A DNA stretch of 63,953 nucleotides, filler included, from Dirinaria sp. TL-2023a (GCA_051941275.1; 6 parts of 6 records of this genome joined end to end with filler, not necessarily neighbours in it); one strand, 5' to 3'; counted from the whole stretch's first letter, positions 23,903 through 37,306 are shown. Notes: generated by a model from the letters alone, not told the origin. Numbers and translations: made by a program.

Positions 23903-25335
23903 GCTAGACATAAGTCTGCTCAACGCTCACAGTGGTCACAGTACCTGTAGCTTCGCTTCCCACTCCTTCTTCTGCATTGGCATCAATAGATTCACTTCCT
24001 CTACCATCTTCTTTGTTACGCTTTTGAAGTCCACCTTCAATTCCCGTAACCACACCTACAGGTAGTCCCAGCTACACGTGGTTCGGTAGCATCTCGATCC
24101 TATCAAACAGATCTAGGTTGTCTGGTCTACGACCTGAGCGGCGCGGGTTACAATTGGGCTGACCTTTAATAATGCTATGTGTCGGTTTCAATGGACCGCG
24201 ACGATGTGCCAGTGCGGCGAATGTTGGGACACGCATGCAGATGAAACCGGTTGAGACCTCGGCGGCTCTGCTCATGTATCAACAACACAGATTCAATGGA
24301 GTATTGGCATCTTCCCGCTCACGCCCAAAGCTGCATTGTAGCTTGATTATGGGTCGTGTCTGGACTTGAGCTAAATTTCAATCGAACCACACTGCCGACT
24401 ATGCTGAAGACAGGTGCTCTGCGTCATTTAGTAAGGGTATTATGATTTGCCTATGGGGCAGGAAGCGGGAGACGGGATATACGTTAGATCCAACGTGAAT
24501 ACTCCGACCACTCCGATTTTCTCTTGGGCGACAATTGCATGCTGCAGACACCTTTCACTGGGATCAGAAGTATGGTGACGTCATTTTGTAGGTTGAAAAG
24601 GCCGCTAGTGTCGAGTATAGCGGAAACGTTCAGACATGCTCCTTGGATAGACTTATCCCATGTTCTTGCTCTGGGTTTGCATTCCCAAATCTTCACTAGC
24701 CCAGTGGCGATGTAAAAGCAACAGAGCATGCAGGTAAAGAGACGAAGGGCTTTATCAAAAGCACTCCGGTGTTGTGGAGAGAAGATATGGCGATGAAATA
24801 ATGTGATGGTGACTTTTGTACCAAGCACAGCAGGTATGTATACAATTTTAGTGACATTAATCCACTAGGACCCGAAATTAGAACTTAGCGCCTTCGCACA
24901 GGGTAATAGAAGCGTAACCACTTACATATAAAGCCTGCTGTATTTCCCGTTGCGATAACTCCCGCTGATGAGCACCAGCGAACTTAAGGTAGTAACTGCC
25001 ATGAAGACGCAATACACCACTAGGCCTACCTTGTATCCTGTCAGGTCACGTCGCCGAGGAGTCGGCACGAGTATTGGACAGTCTTATGGCTTACCCAGGA
25101 TATGCAGCACATAGCTAACGGAGTCAGCACATGAGTAGCTCGGCCCAGTATAATAGATCTTACAATCCTCCAGAATCCATTGCTTTTTAATGACGCTCCT
25201 GACGTACGTTCTGAGAAGCAAAGTAGTAGCTGTGGAGGTTAGACACACTGATACACAGATTGCATTCCGTTTGTGAAGCGGTGTTGCTGTAGTCGAGTGC
25301 GAAGGTGACGCATCAGGTGATATAGGAGATGCCAT
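23903..25335 (-). pseudogene. Second PTH11-like/rhodopsin-domain gene, apparently disrupted
   Basis: Motifs LLLRTYVR..LED, KVTITLF, KIWECKPR, DVTILLIP and AEVSTGFIC are present. There is a 1-nt frameshift near 24515 (expected KRKIGVVGVF lies in another frame) and an in-frame stop at 24072. Boundaries approximate. Confidence 0.6.
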
Positions 25336-26764
25336 CACCACATGTTTAGAATGAAGACTCGTGTCAGGAGTAAGGCACCGTTGCCATATAGCGGGGTAAT
25401 TATATTTGACGCCTTGATAGCGGAATACGCATGCTGAGTAAGAAAGAGAGGCTCGCAATTTGGTGTCAGCCCTGCCATCAATATCCACGCCGTAGCTGAA
25501 CAGCTATGTGCTAGCCGATTAATGCAAACAGGAGACAATAGATTGGTTGGACTGACAGGACTTTCATTCAACAAGGCACGATATCGATTGCTATGTTATG
25601 TGGTGGCATTGCATTGAGGGAAATGGGAGGATTTGGAATCCCTCCACAGATCACTATCGAGAAAGACTGTGCGCTGCAGGTAGGGAATTCGGTACCTCTG
25701 TTGTTTGATTATGAAGGTCTCGGTTGCCCTAGGTGCTCTGTTTTGCAAGAGGGCGACTATTGCGGAAGTACTCCTTTCCATATCTACTCAAGGCGACAAC
25801 GGAGCCAAACAATACCGAACACGGGGGGATCGACGTATCTGGACCATTGCATGAAGAGAAGTTCCAGATATACTGATATAGGTTAGGCTGTCCAGAGTCC
25901 GTCAATGTATCCAAGGGTCTGCTAGATCCCTCAGGATCAACATACATTCGGGAAAGCTTGACCTCGGGCACTTTGGGGCGTTAGCTTGCCCTAGATATGT
26001 AGATAGATAACACGTGACAACGGGAGATCGACATTTTGGAAGGATAGAAACCTTTACCACTAAGGTACACCGGCCTCCCCTGCTCGTACATCACTTTTAT
26101 GACCCCATAACCTTTTCATTGGATATCGCTTGCAAAGCTCGTTACCTACCTACAGTCTCCGGGCTAACTCTGATGCGCGCGCCGCTCGTGATTGCAAAAG
26201 TCAGGCATCGATCATGCCGAAGCCAAAATGCCTAGACGGAAAGAAGGGAGGCCCGTAGGAAACGAGTGTCGGGACGAGTGTCGGATGATCCACCACAATT
26301 GGATAATCCAAACGAGAATCTAAGGCAGATTCATGCAATCTCCATGCGGCTGTCATCTGTCTTTCACGCAAGCAACCCGCAGCGTCGCATTATCTCAGCA
26401 ACGAGGCAACTCTATTCAGACGCCGATCGCTCTTCGAGCACTTGAAGTCGCGAATTTGAGGCAGCTTTTCGGGACGGTCTCACCTCTGCCCATCTACCTT
26501 AGGTCTGAATGTCAATTGGATAGTTGGCAGCAACGCTGCGCGATAAGCTTCGACTGTGTGGACTCATAACTGAACCCTATCAAAATCTTGAGGCGATCCT
26601 GTCCTGCACAGTTCCCAAACAGGTTACCCGCAGAGGATTAGCGGTGGGCCATTCTTGCTCTTGTTGCGCAACTGCACCTACTACCATTCTTTTCAAATGA
26701 TGTTTGCTCCGGATGGTCATTGGACCTCCATGCGGCAGTGCCAAAGGGAAACGTCTGAAGCCAA

Positions 26765-27188
26765 TTAGCGTTTTCAGTATACTTGTCGCATCTTGGCACT
26801 GGAAAAGCACAAGAAAACACACAGACCATTCACAGAATTTGAATGTAGAATCTGTAAAACACCAGGAAACTCGGTACGCTGACGATTCGCGGCTTCAGAA
26901 ATGATGCTATTATGCGTAACAGGGATGATTCGTGGCGTTGTGGGTCAGTTGGGGCGTTTTTACAGGTCCTCATACAAATTCTACGGAAGGCGTGTGTGGT
27001 TTCAGGGCCTTGCAGGGCAAGGGGGAAGTGTCTAGATGCCTGCGATGTCACCTCACAGAGGCTATCGATGCCACGATGTCACCTTATAGAGGTCATCGAT
27101 GCCACCTCATACAAATTCTACGGAAGGCGTGTGTGGTTTCTTGTGTTTTTTCAATGCCAAGAAGCGGCAACGATACTGAAAACGCTAA
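26765..27188. mobile_element. Putative MITE-like element: 81-bp imperfect terminal inverted repeats with internal direct repeats
   Basis: 26765-26845 is the reverse complement of 27108-27188 (66/81 by hand alignment). An internal 36-bp direct repeat sits at 26968-27003 and 27105-27140. No coding capacity. Confidence 0.5.
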
Positions 27189-27319
27189 AACCCCTCAAAA
27201 CCTGCAGCGATGCATACTGAGGGCATTTCCCCCATATTGGGGCCTTTGCTTCCTGTTGTTCTCTTCAATCTCCCAAATCCTAGTCTACAAAGCAAAAGCC
27301 AAATCTGATCATCAATACA

Positions 27320-29142
27320 ATGATGGAAAAACAAGGCAAGTATGCAGATAGCATACTGAAATATACGTACTGACTGCCACACTCGCGCGATGTAGGGACG
27401 ACGCCTGAATCCAAGAATGGTCTAGGCGCAACCGATGATCCAGCTAGCACCATCATCTCTACGAGCGATCAGAGCCCATCGGCTACCAACGAGAAGTCGT
27501 TGATGAGAAAGGTTGACTTCCGGGTGCTGCCTGTCTTATTTGTTATATACCTGGCGGCCATTCTTGATCGGTCCGTCCTATACTGATGTTCATGTTTTCA
27601 TGCTGCGCTGATTGCTCACTGATCAGAGTCAATATTTCCAATGCTCTTATTTTAAAGCTTCCCAAAGACCTCCATCTTGTAAGCAATCAGGCCAATGTCG
27701 CTTTAACCATCTTTTTCGTACCCTACATTGTCTTTGAGATTCCCTCCAACCTTACTTTGAAGCGTTTCAAGCCGCACGTATGGCGTACGTCACTGAGAAG
27801 TACCACAACAGCATTTGGCGCAGTCACTAACAGCACTCAGTATCTGGATGCATAATTGCCTTTGGTATCGTAATGTTTTGTCAAGGTTTTGGTGAGTAGC
27901 ACGGAAGGCTGCAAGTGCTTTCTAAGAGGAAGTAGTTCAGAACTATAGTGGACTTCTTGCCACCAGATTCTTCCTAGGCCTTGCTGAAGCTGGAATCTTC
28001 CCCGGCAGTACGTGGGCTTAGCTTCCGTAAAAGAGACATATGCGCTCGTTGACGGTCGAAAATAGGCTTCTACATCATCAGCTCGTGGTACAAACGGGAG
28101 GAATCGCAAAAGCGATTTACCGTTTATTGGTGCTCTGTGCTAACGGCCAACATGTTTGGTGGCCTCCTTGCTAGTGCTATTGCCAAGATGGACGGCATTC
28201 GTGGCAAAAGTAGTTGGAGATGGCTCTTTATACTTGAGGGTGTCGCGACTGTTCTCATCGGCTTTGTCTCGTATCCCTTGATACCTGACTTCCCCGAAGA
28301 TGCGCGATGGTTAAGCCAAGAGGAAAAGGATTTGATTATTAGCAGGGCTGGCACAAGCCGTCAGCAAGTCCAGCCAATCAGCATCCATCATATCGTGAGG
28401 TTTTTGGCGGATGTTAAGAACATTGCTGGCGGTCTCATGTACTTTGGTGGTAGGTCAAACGCTACATCTTCAAAGCGGTCAAAGGCTAATGTCTTTGCAT
28501 AGCTGACACTGTTCCCAGTTACTGTAAGTAGCCTCTGAGAAGAATCTTTCTGAAGGTATCAGCCAACGACTCTGCCATTTAGCCTTTGCCTATTTCGCAC
28601 CCACCATTTTCAAGACGCTCGGTTACTCGACTGTGGAAACGCAATTACACACCGTCCCTCCTTTTGCCGCAGCTCTCGCACTCTGCATCATCACCGCGTA
28701 TTTCTCGGACCGAGCAAAGGTTCGACTCCCATTCATTGCCTTCAGTATCTGTCTTACAATCACGGGCCTTGGGATCCTCATGACCGTCCACCATGATTTC
28801 CACACGCAGTACGCCGCCCTGTGTCTTGTCGCTATGGGCTCTTTAACGACCGGTCCCATGGTTATCTGCTGGTACGTGATGAATCTGCAAGGGCACCGGG
28901 AACGTAGCATTGGTACCGCGTGGATCATCAGCTGTGGGAATTGCGGCGGGCTCGTTGCCACGTTCACATTCCTCGCCAAGGAAGCACCGCGTTATCATAC
29001 GGGCTATTCGATATGCATGGGTGCCACTTGTATCGGAGCTCTGGCTGTGTCTGTGTATGGAGCCATGATCCTTTGGCAGAACAAGAAGCGGGCAGGAGGC
29101 GGTCCAGACGGTAAGGAAGAGCTGATCGCTTACGGATTATAG
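27320..29142 (+). CDS. MFS transporter, anion:cation symporter (Dal5/Tna1-like) family, multi-exon
   Basis: EKSLMRKVDFRVLP..LDR-VNISNA, IFFVPYIVFEIPSN, RFFLGLAEAGIFPG, WRWLFILEG and SDRAKVR. The first intron needs a GC donor (G/GCAAGT) to keep frame. Confidence 0.9.
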
Positions 29143-30690
29143 ATTTTTTACCGGGATTAAGAAGTAGTAATACCTGCGAGAATATAGAGAGACTACATCT
29201 TATTATAGGACAAGGTCTAGTACTCAATCAAGAAAGAGAAAGACGGGATATGAAGAATGAGCCCACCTCAAGGATACACTCATTACCTAATCCTATACCA
29301 TATCTCTCTGTCATTGTTGCCCTTTTCTCTTTGGTTAGCTAGGTGAAAGTGGCTACCCAGTCATCCCTTGCTGCGAAGGTCGATAATCGCGACAGTCCCT
29401 AGTCAGGTCGCTCTACAGTCCAGTCTATGGTTTGTTTTCTTGTTTTGCTGTTGCTGTTGCTGTTGCTGTTGCTGGCTGGCTAACTAAATAGAGGGAGGGG
29501 GAGGAGAGAAAGGAATACTAGATTCAGTGCGTACTCAGTATTTGTTGACTTAGAAGAAGAAATATAACTTGAATAGCGTTGATGACTAAAAGGGTGGCCA
29601 GTGCAAACTGCACCTAACTAAGGTTTCTTCTTTGGTTTGTCGAATGCGTTAGCGGAAGCTGTGCGGATATGCGGATGATGAGGTACCAAGAGAACTATTG
29701 TACCTTCAAGGCTTACAGCTATTGGCTGAACATTTTCAAGGTTCAGTATAATGGACCTTAGTTTCTCTCATAAGCCTGGGGTACATTGGCATATTTTCTT
29801 CCCTGCCTGTCACGCTACATGATACGGTACTGCCTGCCATCCTACTTCTCATACGACCTGTACTCTGACAGTCAGTATCAGGCAGTATGGCAGGTAGTAT
29901 GGCAGGTAGCATGGGAGGTAGGATGGTCAACATCATGGCAGAAACAGCAAGAAATGTACATTCTCGTGCGAAGAGGTATACACGGAGAGCTCGAGGTTGA
30001 AGGGCGAATGGATTCTGCGATTTACGATCTAAACGTAGAAAATTGCCACGAATCCTCGGCAAGGTATTTTTCACTTTTTTCTTTGATCTGCGAAGCAATA
30101 AGACACTTGACATTTCTTTCTTTGAGTGTAGCGCATGAATCCGTGTTGCTGGGTTTTTTTTTTTTTTTTTTTTTCCATTTTCATATTCTTCTACTATACA
30201 TTTTGTCGCAGGATCCATCAAAGCTTCTTCAACCCTCAGACTAGCTTCGATGGATCTCGTTATGTGTATAGGTGTCCAGTCTCCATTATCGAGACCCATG
30301 AAAACGCTGCCCATTGTCTTGCCGCAATGAGCGCTTTCATGATTGATCCCTATGATTTATCTGCTACCACATTGTGAACCTCTAAGGGACAAAGAATCCA
30401 TCTCATACAAACAACAATACATCTTTTGAAAACATCGAATGCAAGAGACAAAGAAGTTTTATGACCAAGACCCTCACAATAGGGCTAGGGCAGCAACAAA
30501 GCCTTTGATTCTGATATTTGAACGTAAGACATTTTCCGATACCACAACCTCAGCGCCACCAAAAAAACTAAAAGTAGGTAAAAAAAAAAAAAGTAAAAAA
30601 AGTAAAAAAAGTAAAAAATAAAAAAATTAAGAAATTAATATTCTGTACCTACCGTATATTTTTAACGCCCCCCACGATCACAACCCAAAG

Positions 30691-31089
30691 ATGCAGGCCA
30701 TCTCCTTCCTCTCGATCCTCCTCGCGCTCAGCGTCAGTGCCCTCCCGAGCACTCAAAACCACACGCTCGAAACCCGCATATCCCACCATCCCTGGATCGG
30801 CTCCTCTTCGACCAACAACTGCAACATGGGTCCAATGCCCGGACCTCGTCCCAAAATCCGCAACGGCTGCGTCGCGTTCACCCCGCAAACACTTAACGTG
30901 GAATTGTTCTGGGGCTGGGGGAAATGGGCCATCAACAAGATAAACGTGTACAACGGAACAGTGTGCGATAATGTACCGTGGCTCATCATCAACAAGCCGA
31001 CGACCCACAATGGAGGGAGCTGCTACCCGGTCCCCACTGGCCAGCCAGATTGGGGGATCGCGAATTGGGGCTCGGTTAGAAGGGGCTAG
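30691..31089 (+). CDS. Small secreted cysteine-containing protein (effector-like)
   Basis: 132 aa, clear signal peptide MQAISFLSILLALSVSA-LP, 4 Cys, GC-rich coding island in AT-rich flanks. Confidence 0.75.
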   Translation: MQAISFLSILLALSVSALPSTQNHTLETRISHHPWIGSSSTNNCNMGPMPGPRPKIRNGCVAFTPQTLNVELFWGWGKWAINKINVYNGTVCDNVPWLIINKPTTHNGGSCYPVPTGQPDWGIANWGSVRRG

Positions 31090-31968
31090 AGTTAAAATTA
31101 GATACAGGAGGTAAGAATGGTGATGCGTTTACTTTTATCTACATTTCGTTATATTCAATGTCCATCAATGCAATGTGCCCAGTTTCGTGAATGTACAATA
31201 ACATCTTCTATGTTGTATTGGGATTACTTTTTACACCCTCCATCCCCTAACCCCATAGAAAACCCTGCCCCACCTGCAGAATGACGGTCTCTCGGTCCCT
31301 CATTTTTCTTTTCGAAAAAGTAGGTTATCTCTTATTATGAACAGTAGGGGTCAATACATTTTGGACCTGATACAGATATCGAAGACCAGTCAGCCTACGA
31401 AATTGTCATCGTCATGTCAGCCTTCAGACGAAAATCATTCACAGAACAGGAATCGCAACAAAAGCTAACCGACCAACTCCCAGCAAACCCGTCTCAGCAT
31501 GAATTCCCCCATCAGCACATTGATTTAACCAAAATATAACGTTCATCCAATGCTTTCGAAGCTAATGGAGAAGAATGGAGAGTGCACATCACATTGCTTG
31601 TCGTCGTCCGCTGTTTCTTTTGTACGTGATCAATGATAGCTTTCAAGTGAAGCAAGTGCAATTATTATATTCAATGTTTAATTCCATATCATTCGCTATA
31701 CTCGCCTAGTCCAGTTTGATGCGCTATCATATTACTGTTGTTTCAAAATGATTCACTCTTATTTTGACAATGAGTTCATCGAGTGTCATATCAGCCGCGA
31801 TCTGATACAGTGCAAGCAACCAAGTCCAAAAAGATATCAAAAGAACAATGACCTCAATCCGTCAGAATACTACCTCATATACTCAATAACCTGCCCATCA
31901 AAAGAAACCTACCATAAAAGGAATCTAGTCCCGCATAACCAAAAAAAAAAAAAAAAAAAAAAAAAAAA

Positions 31969-32068
31969 NNNNNNNNNNNNNNNNNNNNNNNNNNNNNNNN
32001 NNNNNNNNNNNNTTAATTAATTAANNNNNNNNNNNNNNNNNNNNNNNNNNNNNNNNNNNNNNNNNNNN
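31969..32068. other. Artificial contig linker
   Basis: N + TTAATTAATTAA + N. Confidence 0.98.
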
Positions 32069-32607
32069 AAAGAAAAAAAAAAAGAAAAAGTTCGGCATCC
32101 CCCTCCCCCCCCTCCACCTCAATCCCCTTAAAAATCCACACCCAGCAAACCGCCCGTGAATCACAAAACATCGCGCTCGTGCAACACCTACATGTGCGAC
32201 GATCTCGTGCTGCTGCGGTACCCGTACAGCGCCGAGGGGGAGCCATTGTGGGGAAGCGCATAAACGGGATCGAAATGACGGGGCGCAAGGCCTAGTGGAG
32301 GAGTGCGGCGGCGGTTTTCCGAGTGCGAGAGGGGCAAGATCAAGGGCTGATGAAGGAGTGGGATAAATTGAACATGTGGAAACAGCTCGGGTGGATCGAG
32401 GGGGATGAGTATGTATAAAATTGCGGGAGGGAAAAAAAAAGCAGATCATATGTCCGGTGATTGGGCCATTGCTTATGAGCATAGCTGAGTCGTCTAGCTC
32501 GTAGAGTACAGGTGTACATAAGGATGCTTTTGTTCAAAGATGCTATTGCTCAAGCTTGTGCCAGGCCAGGTATCGTACTTGGCTCGTTACAGCTGGCAGC
32601 CTCGAGA

Positions 32608-33606
32608 TCAATAGTCGCTTGACTGGCCATATCCAGCCTGCTCACGCTTTTCCAGGCCCTTCCGCTCCATTTTCTCATTGCCCATCATTCCGCCGATCTT
32701 CTCCATGAATTTACCGGCTTTGGAGTCTGTAGCCACAAATGCATTAGCAGGCGCATGCAGTAAACTTGAAGGAGCAGATCATACCTCCTCCTGAAGAATC
32801 CTCGTTGCTGCCACTGCTCTTGTTGCCGAAACCGGCACCACCGGTAGTCCCGGATCCATAGTCATTGCTGCCGCTGTATGGGTCCGAGCTCCTAGCTAGA
32901 TCAGCGTTTCCTCCATAGCTATCGCTGCTGCCTAGACTAGGGTCATCGCCGGAGCTCTTGTTTCCGAAACCTGCTCCGCCGATAGTGCCAGAGCCATAGT
33001 CGTTGCTGCCAGAATATGGGTCCGTATTGCCCCCAAGTTGGCTTCGGTCGCGGTTGTCGGTACCATAATCGGCAGGAAGCGAAGTCTGGTCGCCAATACC
33101 GGACGTGCTCTTGTTGCCAAAGCCGGTGCCGCTTGTCATGCCCGACCCGTAGCCAGTACTGCCGGAGCGGTCGTTGGAGAAGTTAGCAGTATGATTGAGT
33201 AATTGTTCTGTGTGGTGGTAAGCACCTTCCTAGAAGCTATTAGTGACTGCGTGTATGCTAACGCTCGCATTCAGAATAACTCACGCCATAGTTGTCCGAA
33301 CCCATGCCTGAGCGTGGATCTCCTCCAGAAGACTTGCGAAGATGTCGGCTTCAGCTCTAGCGAAGACGACGCGTTGAGAACATACACCATAAGAGTCTCC
33401 CCCGACGTCAGAACGCGAGTTACCCTATGCAAAGGATCGAATTAATGGCCATGTGATTGCTCGGCTGGGTGCTGCATACACCATAGCCACCTGATGTACT
33501 ATCATCATTATAGCCACGAGAACCCTTCAATGGGGGTAAGCTATGCTCGATTGAGAGGGTTATGGGCAGGCCATGCGCTTACCATGTTGTCGTTGTAGCC
33601 AGACAT
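32608..33606 (-). CDS. Gly/Ser-rich hydrophilin-like stress protein with GxGFGNK repeats and CsbD-like C-terminus, multi-exon
   Basis: Starts MSGYNDNM. Two DPYSGSNDYGSGTxGGAGFGNKSSG repeats plus a third GFGNK motif. Last exon is DSKAGKFMEKIGGMMGNEKMERKGLEKREQAGYGQSSDY*. Confidence 0.7.
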
Positions 33607-34442
33607 GATGAAGAAGTTATTCACGGATTTGATGTGTTTCAAAGGATCAATAGAAATAGAACTTCAACGTTGCGAGGATTTCAATTGGACGAATAATTGA
33701 GGAGAATGCGAGTTTGAGCCTGGAATAGCAGGAAGTGAAGGACTTATAAAGTCCAGTACTCTTTAGGATCAGGTATAGGAAAGGCAAGCGCGATCTGCGC
33801 TTGGCATGCGCGTTGGCTGATAGATAAGGCCAGCATCCAATTGATAAGGATTATTTAGGTCTTACTTTAGTAGCACGATCGAGCTCCGGTGCTGCTTTCC
33901 CCTTCTCACTGCCTTCACTTCTGCCAATACCGACCTCCTGCCCCTCCACTTGATGAGGGGTAAGTCTTCAGGGTCTTTTTACCATCAGGGATCGTGCCGC
34001 ACAGGTTGAAACATCCACTGAACTCGGCTCAGGATGAACAGTCGGTGATCAACGATCAAGATGGCTTGCTTTCAGTAGTTTGCCACGGGTAGAGCGGAGA
34101 CTCCTGGAAGACTACAGCGAGCTAGCTCGACTCTTGATCTTCAAAAACTTTAGTGCCCGCCTTGAACATGGACCTGAATCATGTACAACGAGCCCTCCGG
34201 TCAAGGATGGATGCTGCCAAAGTCTCCAAAATCGCTTGGGTGCATGCATGTTCGGATTTATACTGCCCACACCGCAAGTGTAAAAGATGGTGTTGCCTCT
34301 GTAGCAATAGCTGAATGCATGGAAGATACCCAGTGGGCTGGATACCTTATAGTGATAGCTCTTCAAAACGTGCCAAGGCCAAGATCAAGCTTTTCGGGCA
34401 CGGTAGGTAAACAGCTGGGGAAAGCTTCTACATGTTGATGAG

Positions 34443-35586
34443 CTACCGGACATATTTGCTCTGAGTATATGTTAGTCCACATGATCTTGTATTCGGAAGC
34501 GATCAGCATCTGATCTATCCGGAACCCACCATGAAGCGCTTGTGAAAGTCCGAGCGGAGCAGATCCTGATGATCGCATTAGCAGTTACCCGTGACGGAGA
34601 ATGCGGAGAACCGTGAGATACATTGACGAATTCCTTTTTACCCTTGTTTTCCGTGCCCCGCGCTTGATTGCGGAACACAACATCGTCGTCCCATCTGAGC
34701 CTGGTGTGAGCAGCAAATCCGGCTTTTGGCAATTGTACTTACCTCCGTTTGGTCTCTGCATCTCTCTGTGGATTGAGTAAGGGGTTGCCAAGGGCTATGT
34801 CATGCTCTCGTTGATCCTGCTCAGCCTTTGCTGCCTCTCGTTCCTGCAATCTTCCGTCAGTGGATGGTTTGTTGGCACGGAATTGCATGGTCGCTTACCT
34901 CTTGCTCGCGTTGCTCGGCTCGTTCTTTCTTGATTTTCTCGAGTTCTCTAAGAAGCTCTGCGGTTTCGTCTTCCTCGTCATCACTGAATAACCCAATCAG
35001 TCCTCAGCCATGTCGGGAGGTGAACCATGGGCAAACCTGTCCTCTTCGCTGCTGTCGCTTTCCGAGCCATCGGAATCTGCATCGATGGCTCTTGTTTCGG
35101 CTAAAACACGTCGTCGCTTCGTCTCAATGTCCTCCTCTATGTCATCATCCTGCCCAACACCAGCCTCTAATTGTCTCTTCGTTGATGTGGTACTGTCAGC
35201 GGCTGTTGATACCTCTGCCTTTGACCCTCCGGTTTTGTTTGCAAAGTGTGCTGCTTCGGCTTCGAGGAGCTGCGCTCTCAAATCACGGGGCCTGATATCT
35301 GCAGTACCGCCCTGGCCTGGCTGTCTAGACACCGGTAAACATTTCGACTTAGGAAAAGAGACCGGGTTACCAACCGGGTTTTGAGCTGCGTATGTGCCGG
35401 CAAGAGACGTTGGTGATAAGCGGGGCCACGTTGAGCTTCTTTACCGCGAGCCTGTACATATTAGCACGTATCGACTTTCGCTATAGATGGGATAGTTTAC
35501 GGGATCGAAAGTAGGCCTGTGCGCTGAGGCTGGTCAATAGAAGCTCGAAATTAGACATCGACAGCTCATTACTTACCAGTCGTCAT
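34443..35586 (-). CDS. CWC15: Pre-mRNA splicing factor Cwc15/Cwf15, multi-exon
   Basis: Spliced MTTAHRPTFDPARGKEAQRGPAYHQR, RDLRAQLLEAE, DETAELLRELEKIKKER, RWDDDVVFRNQARG and DLLRSDFHKRFMSKYVR*. Confidence 0.92.
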
Positions 35587-35899
35587 CGTGGCTACCTAGT
35601 GGGTATATAGCATACGAGAAAGAGGACAACAGTGCACTGCTAGATCAGTGGTGCGCAAGGGCTGAACGCAGAAAGTAATATCGATGTTTTGTGCTCCGCA
35701 TCAAACAATCTCTTGGGTAAAGGTTCTAGTCGGCGTTCCTCGATCAGTAAGGCATTTTTAGCCGACCCTTGCAATGATCATCTTGGCGAAAGATTAAGCG
35801 AGGCCCGATGAAGGGATATGCCAAGAACTCGAGCGCGCCCGCCTCGGCCTTAGAAGAATTTCGAACACACTCTTCTGAAAGTTCGCTCAGTGCGCAAAC

Positions 35900-36976
35900 A
35901 TGCCTCGAGAAGCGATACCATCGCTCAATGAGCGAGCTTTCGTCCTCGAGGCGCTGGAGGAAGATATTCGGCTCGATGGTCGCGCCCTTGACGCCTTCCG
36001 CGCCATCAACATCTCGTTCGGCGACGAATATGGTGTCGCAGATGTCACGCTGGGCAAGACCAGGTAAGGTACTAGAAAAGAAAGCCAGTTGCTTCCGATT
36101 CCAAGCAAGCCGAGGAGTAGATAGATACACTACTGACCAGCGCCGTCCAGGATCCTAGCCCGTACCTCCGCCACCGTTACCGCGCCCTACCCAGATCGCA
36201 AGTTCGACGGCATCTTCACCATCCACTGCGAGGTTTCGCCTATGGCATCGCCTGCCTTTGAACCTGGCAGGTAAAGCTCTCTTTTTCTTGACACTAAATC
36301 CCCTCGCAAAACCTTGCGCCGTTCAGTTCCCAAAGCCTTCCTCCCCCCTTCCCTCCCCGCATGTACTGAGGGCTCACACAGAAGCACAGAGCTATCCTCG
36401 CACATCTCCCGCATCCTCGAGCTTGCCCTCCGCCGCTCCTCAGCGCTTAGCACCGAATCCCTGTGCCTCGTAGCCGGCAAATCCGTCTGGTCGCTCTCCA
36501 CAACGGTCCATATCCTTTCGCACGACGGTTCGCTCCTGTCCATCGCCTCGCTCGCCGTCCTGTGCTCGCTCCTGCATTTCCGTCTGCCAGATACTTCGAT
36601 CGTCGGTGGCGAACTGACTGTTTACTCGGTCAGGGAGCGAGAGCCTATACCGTTGGCCTTGCTGCATTGGCCGTTATGCGTGACGTTTGCCGTCTTCGAG
36701 GAAGGAGAGAAGCTGGTGGTTGATGCCACAATAAGAGAAGAGCAGTGCTGCGAGGGCGAAATCACCGTTGTAGCGAACCGCAGTGGGGAAGTGTGTGCGA
36801 TCTCGAAAAAAGGCGGGGTGCCGACGGATGCATTGGTGCTCCTGGGGTGTATAGACACAGCTTTGGGGAAGGTGAGAGAGTTGGATACGATTTTGAAGGG
36901 AGCATTGGAAAGGGAAGAGCAGAGAAGAGATGTTGGGGGCCTGATGAAAGAATTAAGGGCCGAAAACGAGAGATGA
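35900..36976 (+). CDS. RRP45: Exosome complex component Rrp45 (RNase PH-like)
   Basis: MPREAIPSLNERAFVLEAL..IRLDGR..LGKTR, PYPDRKFDG, SALSTESLCLVAGKSVW and HDGSL; divergent from CWC15. Confidence 0.9.
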
Positions 36977-37306
36977 GAAAAGGCCAACTGCATGGAATAT
37001 GAGTTGTTTGGGTAAGGGAGAAAGCATGCGTGCACGGCATCTGGAGCTTTTCTAAGCCATGTATGCCGATCACGAAGTTGCATGTATGCATCTAACCTTA
37101 TACACGATGCCCACCACCTATAGCCCCCTTTTCTCATTTAAAGAGACAGAGGGTGTGTGCCGCTAAGAGACTAATTCGACCTCCAAATGCTCCAAGACCA
37201 CGCTATTCAATGCAATGCTTCAGAAAACCACCCATGGTATATTAAAGCCGAATAAAGAACTGCGTGCCAATCATTGTTGCCGTACCACTGAATCCGAGTA
37301 CACTCC

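Noticed and set aside
29447..29925. (CTGTTG)n and GGCAGGTAGTAT short repeats, and ORFs at 29736-30314
   Set aside because: Simple repeats. The ORFs run through homopolymers and look non-coding.
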